Assembly (NCBI GenBank): GCA_021846285.1
Contig: JAJZCB010000022.1
Span: forward strand, 1-45,930
Direction: 5' to 3'
DNA: 45,930 nt
From: Bacillota bacterium
GTDB lineage: Bacteria > Bacillota > Bacilli > Alicyclobacillales > SLC66
The position numbers and the translations under genes are program-made. This document shows, one piece after another, positions 28,853 to 37,108 of the stretch (position 1 is the stretch's first letter; each line of letters opens with the position of its first letter). The notes under the pieces were generated by a model. That model was not told the DNA's origin. It did not search any database and was given only the letters and a program-made list of their open reading frames with translations.

Positions 28853-29021
28853 GGTCTCTAATCACGGCTTGATCTGTTCGGTGTCCATAGGCTTTATGCG
28901 TCAACGGAAACAACATCCCGTTTTTAGCGAAACAGGCGGAACTCGTGACAAGAATCACAATGCTTCCCCGGAGCAGCGGTCATAATGAGTCAGAAGACGA
29001 AAAATGATCGGGGGTTTTATC

Positions 29022-30158
29022 ATGCCATCAAACGATTTTACGCAAAATCCTTTTATCGTCATTTGGGAAACCACCCGCGCCTGTCAACTTGCCTGTCGTC
29101 ATTGCCGCGCAGAGGCCATCAAGCATCGCAATCCCAATGAGTTGACCACTGCGGAAGCGTATGGCTTAATCGATCAGCTCGTGGAGATGGATCGTCCGCT
29201 CTTCGTGCTCACTGGCGGCGATCCCATGGAACGCGCCGATTTGGTGGATATCGTTTCCTACTCCAGTCGCAGAGGGTTGCCCGTCTCCATCACGCCAAGC
29301 GCCACCCCCAAGGTGACGTTTGAACGGATGAAGGCCCTGAAAGAAGCGGGGCTTGCACGCTGGGCCTTCAGTATTGATGGTTCCACTCCGGAAATCCACG
29401 ATCGGTTTCGCGGGATTCGGGGAACATTTGACCTGACCATGGAGAAGATCAGCTATCTCAAGCAACTGCGCATTCCTTTGCAGATCAACACCACAGTCAG
29501 TCAGCACAATGTGGAAGACTTGCCGGCGATCGCCGAACTGGTGGGTCGGCTCGACACGGTTCTGTGGAGCGTCTTTTTTCTCATCCCTACCGGGCGGGCG
29601 CGCTTGCAGGACATGTTATCGCCGGAAGGTCACGAAAAGGTGCTGGAGTGGCTATACCAGTTGAGTGGGAATGTTGCGTTTGACATCAAAACAACGGAGG
29701 GGCCGCAGTACCGGAGGGTCAGAATGCAACATGCAGCCGCAGACACGAACGTAGCCGCAGCCTCTGCCACAGGAGCAGGCGCTACAGCACACGGCGAAGC
29801 GCGGGATATGTCTCGCAGTATGCGGCCTGTCTGGGATGGAAACGGATTTCTCTTTGTCTCGCACGTGGGAGAGGTGTTTCCCAGCGGATTTCTGCCTTTG
29901 GCGGTCGGGAACCTGCGCCAACAACCTTTGGCGGACATCTACCGCGATTCTCCCATTTTGCAGAATCTCCGGAATCCGGACAAATTGCGCGGCAAGTGCG
30001 GGTACTGTGAGTTCAACCGCATCTGCGCAGGCTCCCGCGCCCGTGCGCATGCGCTGACAGACGACTACATGGAGAGCGATCCATTCTGCACATATATTCC
30101 CGATCCCCGCCATCTGGCTGGCGTCGATTCAGCCCGCCAGGGTATGGTTGGGCAATAG
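29022..30158 (+). CDS. Radical SAM / SPASM-domain protein (PqqE/NirJ/AhbD-like), unknown substrate
   Basis: CQLACRHC (Cx3Cx2C) cluster motif. C-terminal CGYCEFNRICAGSRARA SPASM cysteines. Ala-rich insert. Confidence 0.8.
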   Translation: MPSNDFTQNPFIVIWETTRACQLACRHCRAEAIKHRNPNELTTAEAYGLIDQLVEMDRPLFVLTGGDPMERADLVDIVSYSSRRGLPVSITPSATPKVTFERMKALKEAGLARWAFSIDGSTPEIHDRFRGIRGTFDLTMEKISYLKQLRIPLQINTTVSQHNVEDLPAIAELVGRLDTVLWSVFFLIPTGRARLQDMLSPEGHEKVLEWLYQLSGNVAFDIKTTEGPQYRRVRMQHAAADTNVAAASATGAGATAHGEARDMSRSMRPVWDGNGFLFVSHVGEVFPSGFLPLAVGNLRQQPLADIYRDSPILQNLRNPDKLRGKCGYCEFNRICAGSRARAHALTDDYMESDPFCTYIPDPRHLAGVDSARQGMVGQ

Positions 30159-30166
30159 TTGAGCTG

Positions 30167-30904
30167 TCATGCCTTTTTATAGTGCCATCCGGCGAGGGCC
30201 ATTTTGCGCCGGACGTAAGCGAGTTGATCGCGAAGCGGAATGCCCACCGGACAGTGGTCTTGACAGCCCATCTGACCCATACAGCCAAAAATTCCGTCAT
30301 CGTTGCCCACCACATCAAAATACTCCCGCTCTGTCCGTTTGTCCCGTGGATCCACCATAAATCTGGCCACTCGGTTCGCACCTGCAGCCCCGATAAAGTC
30401 TGGCCTGAGGTTTGCGACTACACAGACTCCTATACAGACTCCGCACTCGATACAGCGTTCCGCTTCGTAAATTTTTTGGGCTACTGCATTGTCCATCCGC
30501 TCTTCGGGTGCATCGGGAACAAACGGTTCATCCGTGTGAATCCAGGACTCCGTACGCAGGGATATGTCGCGAAACCAGACGCCGGTGTCCACGGACAGGT
30601 CGCCGAGCAACTTGAACACAGGTAAAGGCAACAATGTGGTGATTTCCGGCAGGTCTTTGGTGAGTGTTTTGCAGGCAAGCGTTGGCGTTCCATTCACCAA
30701 CATGCCGCATGATCCGCAAATCGAAGCACGACAGACAAAATCAAAACGAAGCGTTGGATCCTGTTCCTCGCGCAATTTGTTGAGGACGATAAACAGGGAC
30801 ATCCCTGGTTCCTCAGTCAAATGGAAGTCCTGGAGAACCGGTTTCTTCTTCGGCTCCTCTGGATTGAAACGCATGATGCGAAACGTCAATTCGCGTTGAG
30901 CCAC
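30167..30904 (-). CDS. sdhB: Succinate dehydrogenase/fumarate reductase-type iron-sulfur subunit, not adjacent to an sdhA
   Basis: 2Fe-2S motif CRASICGSCGM plus CIECGVCIGVC and CMGQMGCQDHCP. GTG start 30904 with GGAGGT 9 nt upstream. Confidence 0.75.
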   Translation of the reverse strand: MAQRELTFRIMRFNPEEPKKKPVLQDFHLTEEPGMSLFIVLNKLREEQDPTLRFDFVCRASICGSCGMLVNGTPTLACKTLTKDLPEITTLLPLPVFKLLGDLSVDTGVWFRDISLRTESWIHTDEPFVPDAPEERMDNAVAQKIYEAERCIECGVCIGVCVVANLRPDFIGAAGANRVARFMVDPRDKRTEREYFDVVGNDDGIFGCMGQMGCQDHCPVGIPLRDQLAYVRRKMALAGWHYKKA

Positions 30905-31064
30905 CTGAAACGACCTCCATCTTTACTCTTTTGCCGAATCGATCCCACGAGTTGCCTCCCCATACCCTCTGTCAACGGGTGGAGATTCTGTTGTTTTTGT
31001 GTTTCGCCGGCCGCAAAGATTTCCGGCAGGTTAAGCAGGAATCCCTGTCGAAACCCCTTGTAGA

Positions 31065-31325
31065 TCAGATCTTCATTACCCGGAGTCGAATGTCGCCAGG
31101 GCTCACTTGCGAGACGGCAACGTTCAGTCCAAGTTCTTCAAGGGCTGCGATAAGCGGGGCTGTCCGATGGGGAACGTGGACTTCGCACAATGTGCCTCTC
31201 GGCGCCTCCTTGACCAGCGTCAATATCTCGTATCTCGGATGATGACCCTTGCGGATCGCATCCCGGGCGTCGATGACGAGGTGTGACTCCTCTCTTTGGA
31301 TCTGCAGCATTTCCATCATGTTCAT
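31065..31325 (-). CDS. DUF2249-like small protein (86 aa)
   Basis: Paralogous to 32408..32650 (HP...PL...GD.RLRV pattern). GGGAGGAAA 6 nt before ATG 31325. The longer track start was rejected. Confidence 0.5.
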   Translation of the reverse strand: MNMMEMLQIQREESHLVIDARDAIRKGHHPRYEILTLVKEAPRGTLCEVHVPHRTAPLIAALEELGLNVAVSQVSPGDIRLRVMKI

Positions 31326-31383
31326 CGAGATTTCCTCCCGGTCGCTTAAGAGCCAGATTCCCGAACCCGCTCCAATCCCCCGT

Positions 31384-32349
31384 TCAGAGTACGACAGATC
31401 GGGGGATTGCGGATGCGTGCGGTTTCGGCAAAATGCGGGTATGCGCATCCTTGTCCTTATGATCCCAGGTTGTCGGATCACGTTCGTCAAACTGTTCCAG
31501 GTATTCAATCACTGCCTTCGTGATCACGCTGGGCGTGGAGGCGCCAGACGTGACGGCGACGGTGCTTCTGCCGATAAGCCAGTCAGGATTCACAGCGACG
31601 ACATTTTGCGCCAGATAGGCGGGCGTGTTTGAAATTTCCTTCGCCACCTGAACCAGACGATTCGAGTTGTTGCTGCGTGCGTCGCCGACGACAATGCACA
31701 GGTCTGCTTCGCGCGCCTGCTCCGCCACGGCCTGCTGCCGCAACTGGGTTGCCATGCAGATTTCATTGTAAATCTCCGCCTGTGGATACTTAGTCTTCAC
31801 TTTTTTGATGAGCTCCGCCGTATCCCATTGGCTGAGCGTAGTCTGGTTCGTCACCGCGATCTGCGTGTTGTCCAGAGATAACGCATGCAGATCGGACTCG
31901 GTTTCAATCAGGTACACGTTGTCCGGTGCGATGCCAACGGCTCCTTCAGGTTCCGGATGGCCTTTGCGGCCGATATAAATGATGTCATACCCCTTGCCAA
32001 CCCGATTGCGAATCAGATCGTGCGTTCGCGTCACATCGGGGCATGTGGCGTCCAGTACCCGCAACCCACGTTCTGCGGCGCGTCGTTTGACGGACGGGGA
32101 TACGCCGTGCGCGGTGAAGATGACCGTGCCGCACTCTGCTTGGTCGAGGAGATCCAGTCTGCTGGCGCCGTCCAGCGTGATCACGCCCTTGTCGTCAAAC
32201 GCGTCGACAACCTGCCGATTATGCACAATCATGCCGATGATGAATATCGGTCGCGGCAAGGAAGGATCGTTGATTGCCGCCTGCACAATCTTCATGGCTC
32301 CGACCACCCCATGACAGTAACCGCGCGGTGTGATTCGCAGGACTCGCAC
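31384..32349 (-). CDS. ispH: 4-hydroxy-3-methylbut-2-enyl diphosphate reductase
   Basis: RVLRITPRGYCHGVVGAMKIV start and full IspH length (321 aa). GTG 32349 preceded by AGGGAGGTGA. The N-terminal 99 codons of track ORF 31384..32646 were rejected because they overlap the DUF2249 gene. Confidence 0.9.
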   Translation of the reverse strand: MRVLRITPRGYCHGVVGAMKIVQAAINDPSLPRPIFIIGMIVHNRQVVDAFDDKGVITLDGASRLDLLDQAECGTVIFTAHGVSPSVKRRAAERGLRVLDATCPDVTRTHDLIRNRVGKGYDIIYIGRKGHPEPEGAVGIAPDNVYLIETESDLHALSLDNTQIAVTNQTTLSQWDTAELIKKVKTKYPQAEIYNEICMATQLRQQAVAEQAREADLCIVVGDARSNNSNRLVQVAKEISNTPAYLAQNVVAVNPDWLIGRSTVAVTSGASTPSVITKAVIEYLEQFDERDPTTWDHKDKDAHTRILPKPHASAIPRSVVL

Positions 32350-32407
32350 AAGGGTCACCTCCCTTCGTGTGCGATGTGGCCTAAAGGGAGCCATATCATA
32401 CGGGCAA

Positions 32408-32650
32408 TCATTGCTGTTTTCGTTCAATCTTAATGCGGAAAGTCTGTGGCCCCTGTTCAATGTAGTCCCAGGTGAAGACGCCGGGGCGTTCCAACTCAAA
32501 CTGGTAGCGCAACGGCATTGGATCGTGGTCATTGACAAGCAGCATGGCCTGTCCGGGTTGCAGTGTGTCAAACGTTTCAAAAATGACTTTGTGCTTTTGC
32601 GCCGGTGGGTACTCTGTCGCATTGACGGTTGCGGCGAAAGTTTCACTCAC
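32408..32650 (-). CDS. DUF2249-like small protein (80 aa)
   Basis: LLVNDHDPMPLRYQFELERPGVFTWDYIEQGPQTFRIKI. GTG start with GAGGAGGAA upstream. Confidence 0.5.
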   Translation of the reverse strand: MSETFAATVNATEYPPAQKHKVIFETFDTLQPGQAMLLVNDHDPMPLRYQFELERPGVFTWDYIEQGPQTFRIKIERKQQ

Positions 32651-32753
32651 GGGAATTCCTCCTCAAATGGGTTTCACCTGGGCTTTTCGCCCCTGTTGAT
32701 GCTGCGTAATACGGGAGCAACAGGTTCAGCATATACCCATCCAGTCCAGCGGA

Positions 32754-32815
32754 TTGTGACGAAGTGCACACAGGCGGCTCCAGTTCGATTTCTTTTCAGG
32801 CAGCAAACAAAGCGA
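32754..32815 (+). promoter_or_regulatory. R3 element, copy 3 (5' part), with CRP/FNR-type site TGTGACGAAGTGCACA, ~105-120 nt upstream of the DUF2249-ispH operon
   Basis: gattgtgacgaagtgcacacaggcgg...cgatttcttttcag. Shares ~45 nt with copy 2. Confidence 0.5.
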
Positions 32816-33072
32816 TTGTTGGAGGAACACCGCCACATTCGCCAACTGCACGTAGAAGCGGAAGAACTCCTCTCTGCTTGCGAACAGCATCAGGATGAAC
32901 ACACGGGTTCCCTACTGAACAATAAAACAGTATGAACCATCCGATTTATGACGTTTTAGACCGTCAAAAATGTCATGGTGAGTGAAAGGGTGTACGCCCG
33001 ATCATCTTGTAACCACCGGGCGCACACGCGATTTTCCGAATTAGACCTTCTTCACGTTACTGCCCCACTGCT

Positions 33073-34131
33073 TTACGTGACATCAAACGATCCGGGCCAA
33101 ATAACCAGACCCGGATTCCGCTTCCCCTGCGACACACCGTCACAATAGGCAGCCACCACCGCTTGATCCGGATTCAGTGGACAGATCATGCCGGCCGCCC
33201 AACTTTGCATGACGGGTCTCCAGGGTTGTGGCGACCGCCTTACCATTTGCGCATCGGGATGGAGCGGAAGAGTCAATTCCTGCACATGTCCGCCGCACCG
33301 GCCAAACAGCCAACTGAGCATACGCTCCAGTGCATCAGCGCCGTATGGCACAATGCATCGGATGTGCTCTGGGTTCGTACTGTCTACCCGCACATAGCCA
33401 ATCGGCTCATCACGCTCGCACAAAATCCCTGCCATGGTGCGCTTGTCGAAACTCAACCAATCAAGGGGCGATGAGCCTGGACGAATCGAGAGGTCAACAT
33501 CGCCAAACCACTGCTCCCACCCAGAGAAAAGGAGTGGTATGTCCTCTGACCGAACTCTTCGAATCTGATAGCAGTCAGCGGAGGCAGCGGTCTTGACGTT
33601 CCAACGGTCGATCACGACTCCGCACGTTCCGTACATGTGTGTGCGGTAACCAAATCGCGGATAATACTCGGAATGCCCAAGCAATACCACCATATCTACA
33701 TGTAACTCACGCAATCGGCGATGGCCTTCTCGGATGAGCCGACTGCCAATTCCCTGTTTCTGCCACATGGGTAGAACACCCACGGGAGACAAAATGGCCG
33801 CTTCGACCTGTTGTCCGCCAAGCAGGATAGACACAGGCGTAAACATAAGGTGTCCGATGATGTGTCCGCCGGAATCGGGCATTGTGCCATCTTTACCTTC
33901 CAACTCTGCAACCAGGGAAAGTGCGGGGTTGTACGTCGAGCTTAGACGAAGAGCGGAAACCAATGACACGACGCCCATGTCCAGCCCTTCATCAAATGCA
34001 TGGACGTGCACATCTGCAATGGCTCGCGCATCGGATGCACGCTCCCCCCGAATGCAGATCGACAGCGGCGACTCTCCAGACAGTTGCTCTGTTCGGATAT
34101 TCCCGTTTGCTTCATTGTTCATTTTTTTCAT
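33073..34131 (-). CDS. Two-domain GNAT-family N-acetyltransferase
   Basis: N-terminal GNAT motifs (QKQGIGSRLIREG). AAGGAGA ribosome-binding site. Overlaps the mutS2 3' end by 20 nt. Confidence 0.7.
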   Translation of the reverse strand: MKKMNNEANGNIRTEQLSGESPLSICIRGERASDARAIADVHVHAFDEGLDMGVVSLVSALRLSSTYNPALSLVAELEGKDGTMPDSGGHIIGHLMFTPVSILLGGQQVEAAILSPVGVLPMWQKQGIGSRLIREGHRRLRELHVDMVVLLGHSEYYPRFGYRTHMYGTCGVVIDRWNVKTAASADCYQIRRVRSEDIPLLFSGWEQWFGDVDLSIRPGSSPLDWLSFDKRTMAGILCERDEPIGYVRVDSTNPEHIRCIVPYGADALERMLSWLFGRCGGHVQELTLPLHPDAQMVRRSPQPWRPVMQSWAAGMICPLNPDQAVVAAYCDGVSQGKRNPGLVIWPGSFDVT

Positions 34132-36079
34132 GTCTCCTTTTAATCTGTTTTGTGGTCAATGATTCATCAATGCTCAACCCCTCCACGTGATGTTTTGACA
34201 TGCTTTTATGTGCACGACGAACCTCCTTCGATTCCAGTACAATGTCCAAATCATAGTCTGGCGGGTACAATTTCTCTCGGGACAGATACGGCGCCAGGCG
34301 CTTACGGTGAATGATCCGTTTTTGCTTCTTGACCACGACGATGACTTTGCCCCGATCATCCGCAGGACCCGCATAAATGCCACTGCATTTCCAGGACCGA
34401 ATCCATACACGGTCGCCCGGCTGGTATGAGGATTGATCCGCAGCTTTCCCTCCGTGTACCGCCGCAGCCGCTGATTCAGTTGACCCTGCCGTCGACGCGT
34501 CTTTCTTCACCTCATCGGGAGATTGAGAAGAGACCGGTCGACCTCTCACAATCGTTTGCTGTGATCCGACCAAGGAACGGGCACGCTGCACGATGCGCTC
34601 GGAAACTCCCAGTTTTTCTGCAATGATGAGCGCATAGCTCTGTCCCGCCACGCCAATCTGAAGTCGATACAGTGGCTGTAATGTCTGCCCATCAAACTCC
34701 ATCCTCGCATTTTCAAATCCAGGCGCACCTTCAGCAAACTGTTTAATTTCATTGAAATGGGTCGTGGCTACAATCGTTGCCTTCAGGCTGTAGAGCGCCT
34801 CCAGAACCGCAACAGACAATCCGATTCCTTCGCCCGGATCCGTTCCGGCCGCCAATTCGTCAAGCAGCACCAGAGAACGAGGGCCTGCATACTTCAGAAT
34901 TTCAATCAGACGGGTCACATGTGCAGAAAACGTGCTCAGAGAATGATCCATGCTTTGCCCGTCCCCGATATCAACCAAAATGTGTTCAAAAACCGTCAGC
35001 TCAGTTCCCCGTCCAACAGGAACCAGCAAGCCAGACTGAGCCATCAGCGTGAGCAGACCGATGGTTTTGAGGGCCACGGTTTTGCCGCCAGTGTTCGGAC
35101 CGGTGATGATGAGCGCCTGATAGCTTTCGCCGATCGTAAAATCGAGCGGCTCTGCCTCTCGTTCGAGCAGCGGGTGGCGTCCACGGCAGATCTTGATATG
35201 TCCCTCAACACTCAGCTCAACCGATCTCGCGTCCATCGCTTTGGCCAACTTCGCCTTGGCAAACAAAAAGTCGTAATGTCCGATAATTTCGAGATTGCGC
35301 ACCGTGATACGCTGACTCTGCTCAATACGCCCTGTCAAGGCGCTGAGTATTCTCGACACTTCCTGCTCCTCTTCGTGATGCAGCGCGGACAACTGATCGT
35401 GCTGAACCATGACCTCCTCCGGTTCCACGAACAGCGTTTGCCCGCTTGCTGATTCATCCAGGACGGATCCCTTAACCATTCGCTTATGCTCACGCTTCAC
35501 CGCCAGCACGAAGCGCCCGCCTCGAGTTACATCAAATGCTTCTTGCAAGTACGTCTTGTATTTCTGCCGGACGACCTCTATTTTCCGACGCACCCGTTCC
35601 TCTACAATGCGTATTTGCTTGCGAATGCGAGCCAACTCGTGACTGGCGCCATCCAGAACTTCCTCGTGTTCCACGCAGCGCGCGATTTCTGCGCGCAAGT
35701 CGGGCAACGATACCAGCGATAACGCGTACGAGCTCACGACAGGAGCGACGTCGCTCTTTCTGGCCATGTACAATCGCAACTGTTCCATCCCATCGAGAAA
35801 GCGGGCGAATTGGGTAATTTGAACGGTTCCCAAAACCATCCCCTTGTCGATTGACTGCATGATGGCATGAATCCCGTCCAAGGAAGGGATGGGTACGCTC
35901 GAAGATGCAATGACACGCAGCGCCTCCTCCGTCTCCGTCAACCAGCGCTTGATTTGTAGTACATCGGTAGACGGCGTCAACGCTTCAACCTGCTGACGTC
36001 CCAGATGGGAAACGGTGTACGACAGCAGCCGAGTCTTAATCTTGTCATAATCCAGCAGGCTAAACGCACTCGACAACAT
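34112..36079 (-). CDS. mutS2: MutS2-family protein lacking the C-terminal Smr nuclease domain
   Basis: N-terminus MLSSAFSLLDYDKIKTRLLSYT. Walker A GPNTGGKT. KOW-like QPGDRVWIRS...GKVIVVV. Ends at 655 aa with no LDLRG / HGKGTG / GGxGxT Smr motifs. Confidence 0.85.
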   Translation of the reverse strand: MLSSAFSLLDYDKIKTRLLSYTVSHLGRQQVEALTPSTDVLQIKRWLTETEEALRVIASSSVPIPSLDGIHAIMQSIDKGMVLGTVQITQFARFLDGMEQLRLYMARKSDVAPVVSSYALSLVSLPDLRAEIARCVEHEEVLDGASHELARIRKQIRIVEERVRRKIEVVRQKYKTYLQEAFDVTRGGRFVLAVKREHKRMVKGSVLDESASGQTLFVEPEEVMVQHDQLSALHHEEEQEVSRILSALTGRIEQSQRITVRNLEIIGHYDFLFAKAKLAKAMDARSVELSVEGHIKICRGRHPLLEREAEPLDFTIGESYQALIITGPNTGGKTVALKTIGLLTLMAQSGLLVPVGRGTELTVFEHILVDIGDGQSMDHSLSTFSAHVTRLIEILKYAGPRSLVLLDELAAGTDPGEGIGLSVAVLEALYSLKATIVATTHFNEIKQFAEGAPGFENARMEFDGQTLQPLYRLQIGVAGQSYALIIAEKLGVSERIVQRARSLVGSQQTIVRGRPVSSQSPDEVKKDASTAGSTESAAAAVHGGKAADQSSYQPGDRVWIRSWKCSGIYAGPADDRGKVIVVVKKQKRIIHRKRLAPYLSREKLYPPDYDLDIVLESKEVRRAHKSMSKHHVEGLSIDESLTTKQIKRRHEKNEQ

Positions 36080-36111
36080 TCGGAATTCCCCTTTTCTCTC
36101 CTTGCATAAAC

Positions 36112-36156
36112 AAAAAACAGGCGAACGAGAACCAACGTGTGGTTATCGCTCGCCTG
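36112..36156 (-). terminator. Rho-independent terminator (minus strand) ending 12 nt before the mutS2 ribosome-binding site
   Basis: Minus-strand reading: caggcgagcg...cgttcgcctg stem with an inner aacc/ggtt extension, followed by TTTTTTGTTT. Confidence 0.55.
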
Positions 36157-36237
36157 TTTGACGATGCCTATACCGTCTGTCCTCATCCAATCAAGTTGGC
36201 GCCGCAGACTATCCAGAGCCTGCCGATCTGAAGACAT

Positions 36238-36261
36238 AAAAAAACCCGTGCGCAACGCACG
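36238..36261 (-). terminator. Second rho-independent terminator (minus strand)
   Basis: cgtgcg-ttg-cgcacg hairpin followed by seven U residues on the minus strand. Confidence 0.5.
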
Positions 36262-36519
36262 AGCCCGTAGACGATATCAGTTAAACATCGTGTTTACGCA
36301 GCGCGATTTTACCGTTGTTCTTCTCTGCAGTGCACACGGAAACAGTCCTACTGGTCAGCTGATGAGAGTCATCCGCTCACGCAGGGCTAGATGGTCATGT
36401 GTGCACAGATATGCAGTTGGCTAACGAAGAACAACGCTTCCCGACATAGAAACATCTCCTATAATACGATCTTTACTTAAGTTACTACGTGCAACATGGT
36501 CAAGTCAATCGGTATCTTT

Positions 36520-36578
36520 GTCGGCGCTCACGCTGTCTGGCGATGGGTTTGCCACCGCCAGACAGCGTGAGCGCCGAC
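36520..36578. repeat. Perfect 23-bp palindrome (hairpin, 13-nt loop), 55-110 nt downstream of the PIN gene stop
   Basis: gtcggcgctcacgctgtctggcg / cgccagacagcgtgagcgccgac. Confidence 0.6.
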
Positions 36579-36631
36579 AGTTTACACCAAGCGCCAATGA
36601 GAGGGACACCATCACCCGCGCTTTGACAAGA

Positions 36632-37108
36632 TCAAAATAGCTTCATCTGTTGAGTAAAGAGAAACGGTAGCACAACCGAGATGTTCTCTTGGTTGGAATC
36701 GAATCGACGAATAAAGGCTTGATCCAGTGTAAAAACATAACTGGCTCGGCAAACCATTGCTGTTGCTACATAGATCGTGTCATGAGGGCTGTTTTTCTTT
36801 CCACCGCGGTACTGCCGGTACAACCGATTCGACTCCGTGGCAATCGGGAAGTCCAAATTCCAAAATGTAAGCCATGGTTGCGTGTAGAGATTTTTGATCA
36901 TCTCTTTGAGATCCTCATCAGCAACTTCCTCTTTAGAGACGTGGACTGTTTCTACGACGCCCAGCGTGGAAGTAACCGCGCGAAAAACACCATCACGGGC
37001 TTCCAACAGTACGTCCTGGCACAACTTGGATTCTTTCTCGTTGCCCCTGAGAGCAGAAATAAATACGTTCGTGTCCAAACAAACGATTGGCGCCTCTCTA
37101 TTCGCCAT
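36632..37108 (-). CDS. PIN-domain (VapC-like) nuclease
   Basis: MANREAPIVCLDTNVFISAL...HDTIYVATAMVCRASYVFTLDQAF carries the four acidic PIN residues. Overlaps the upstream partner gene by 11 nt. Confidence 0.75.
   Translation of the reverse strand: MANREAPIVCLDTNVFISALRGNEKESKLCQDVLLEARDGVFRAVTSTLGVVETVHVSKEEVADEDLKEMIKNLYTQPWLTFWNLDFPIATESNRLYRQYRGGKKNSPHDTIYVATAMVCRASYVFTLDQAFIRRFDSNQENISVVLPFLFTQQMKLF

Noticed and set aside
32350-32646. First 99 codons of track ORF 31384..32646 as part of IspH
   Set aside because: They overlap the DUF2249 gene (32408..32650) in another frame. IspH homology starts at GTG 32349, which has a strong ribosome-binding site.
36160-36510. tmRNA, 6S RNA, SRP RNA or RNase P RNA in the PIN-mutS2 spacer
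   Set aside because: None of the hallmarks are present: no tRNA-like acceptor/TpsiC end, no tag-peptide reading frame, no SRP domain IV, no P4 helix. Left as an unclassified structured region.
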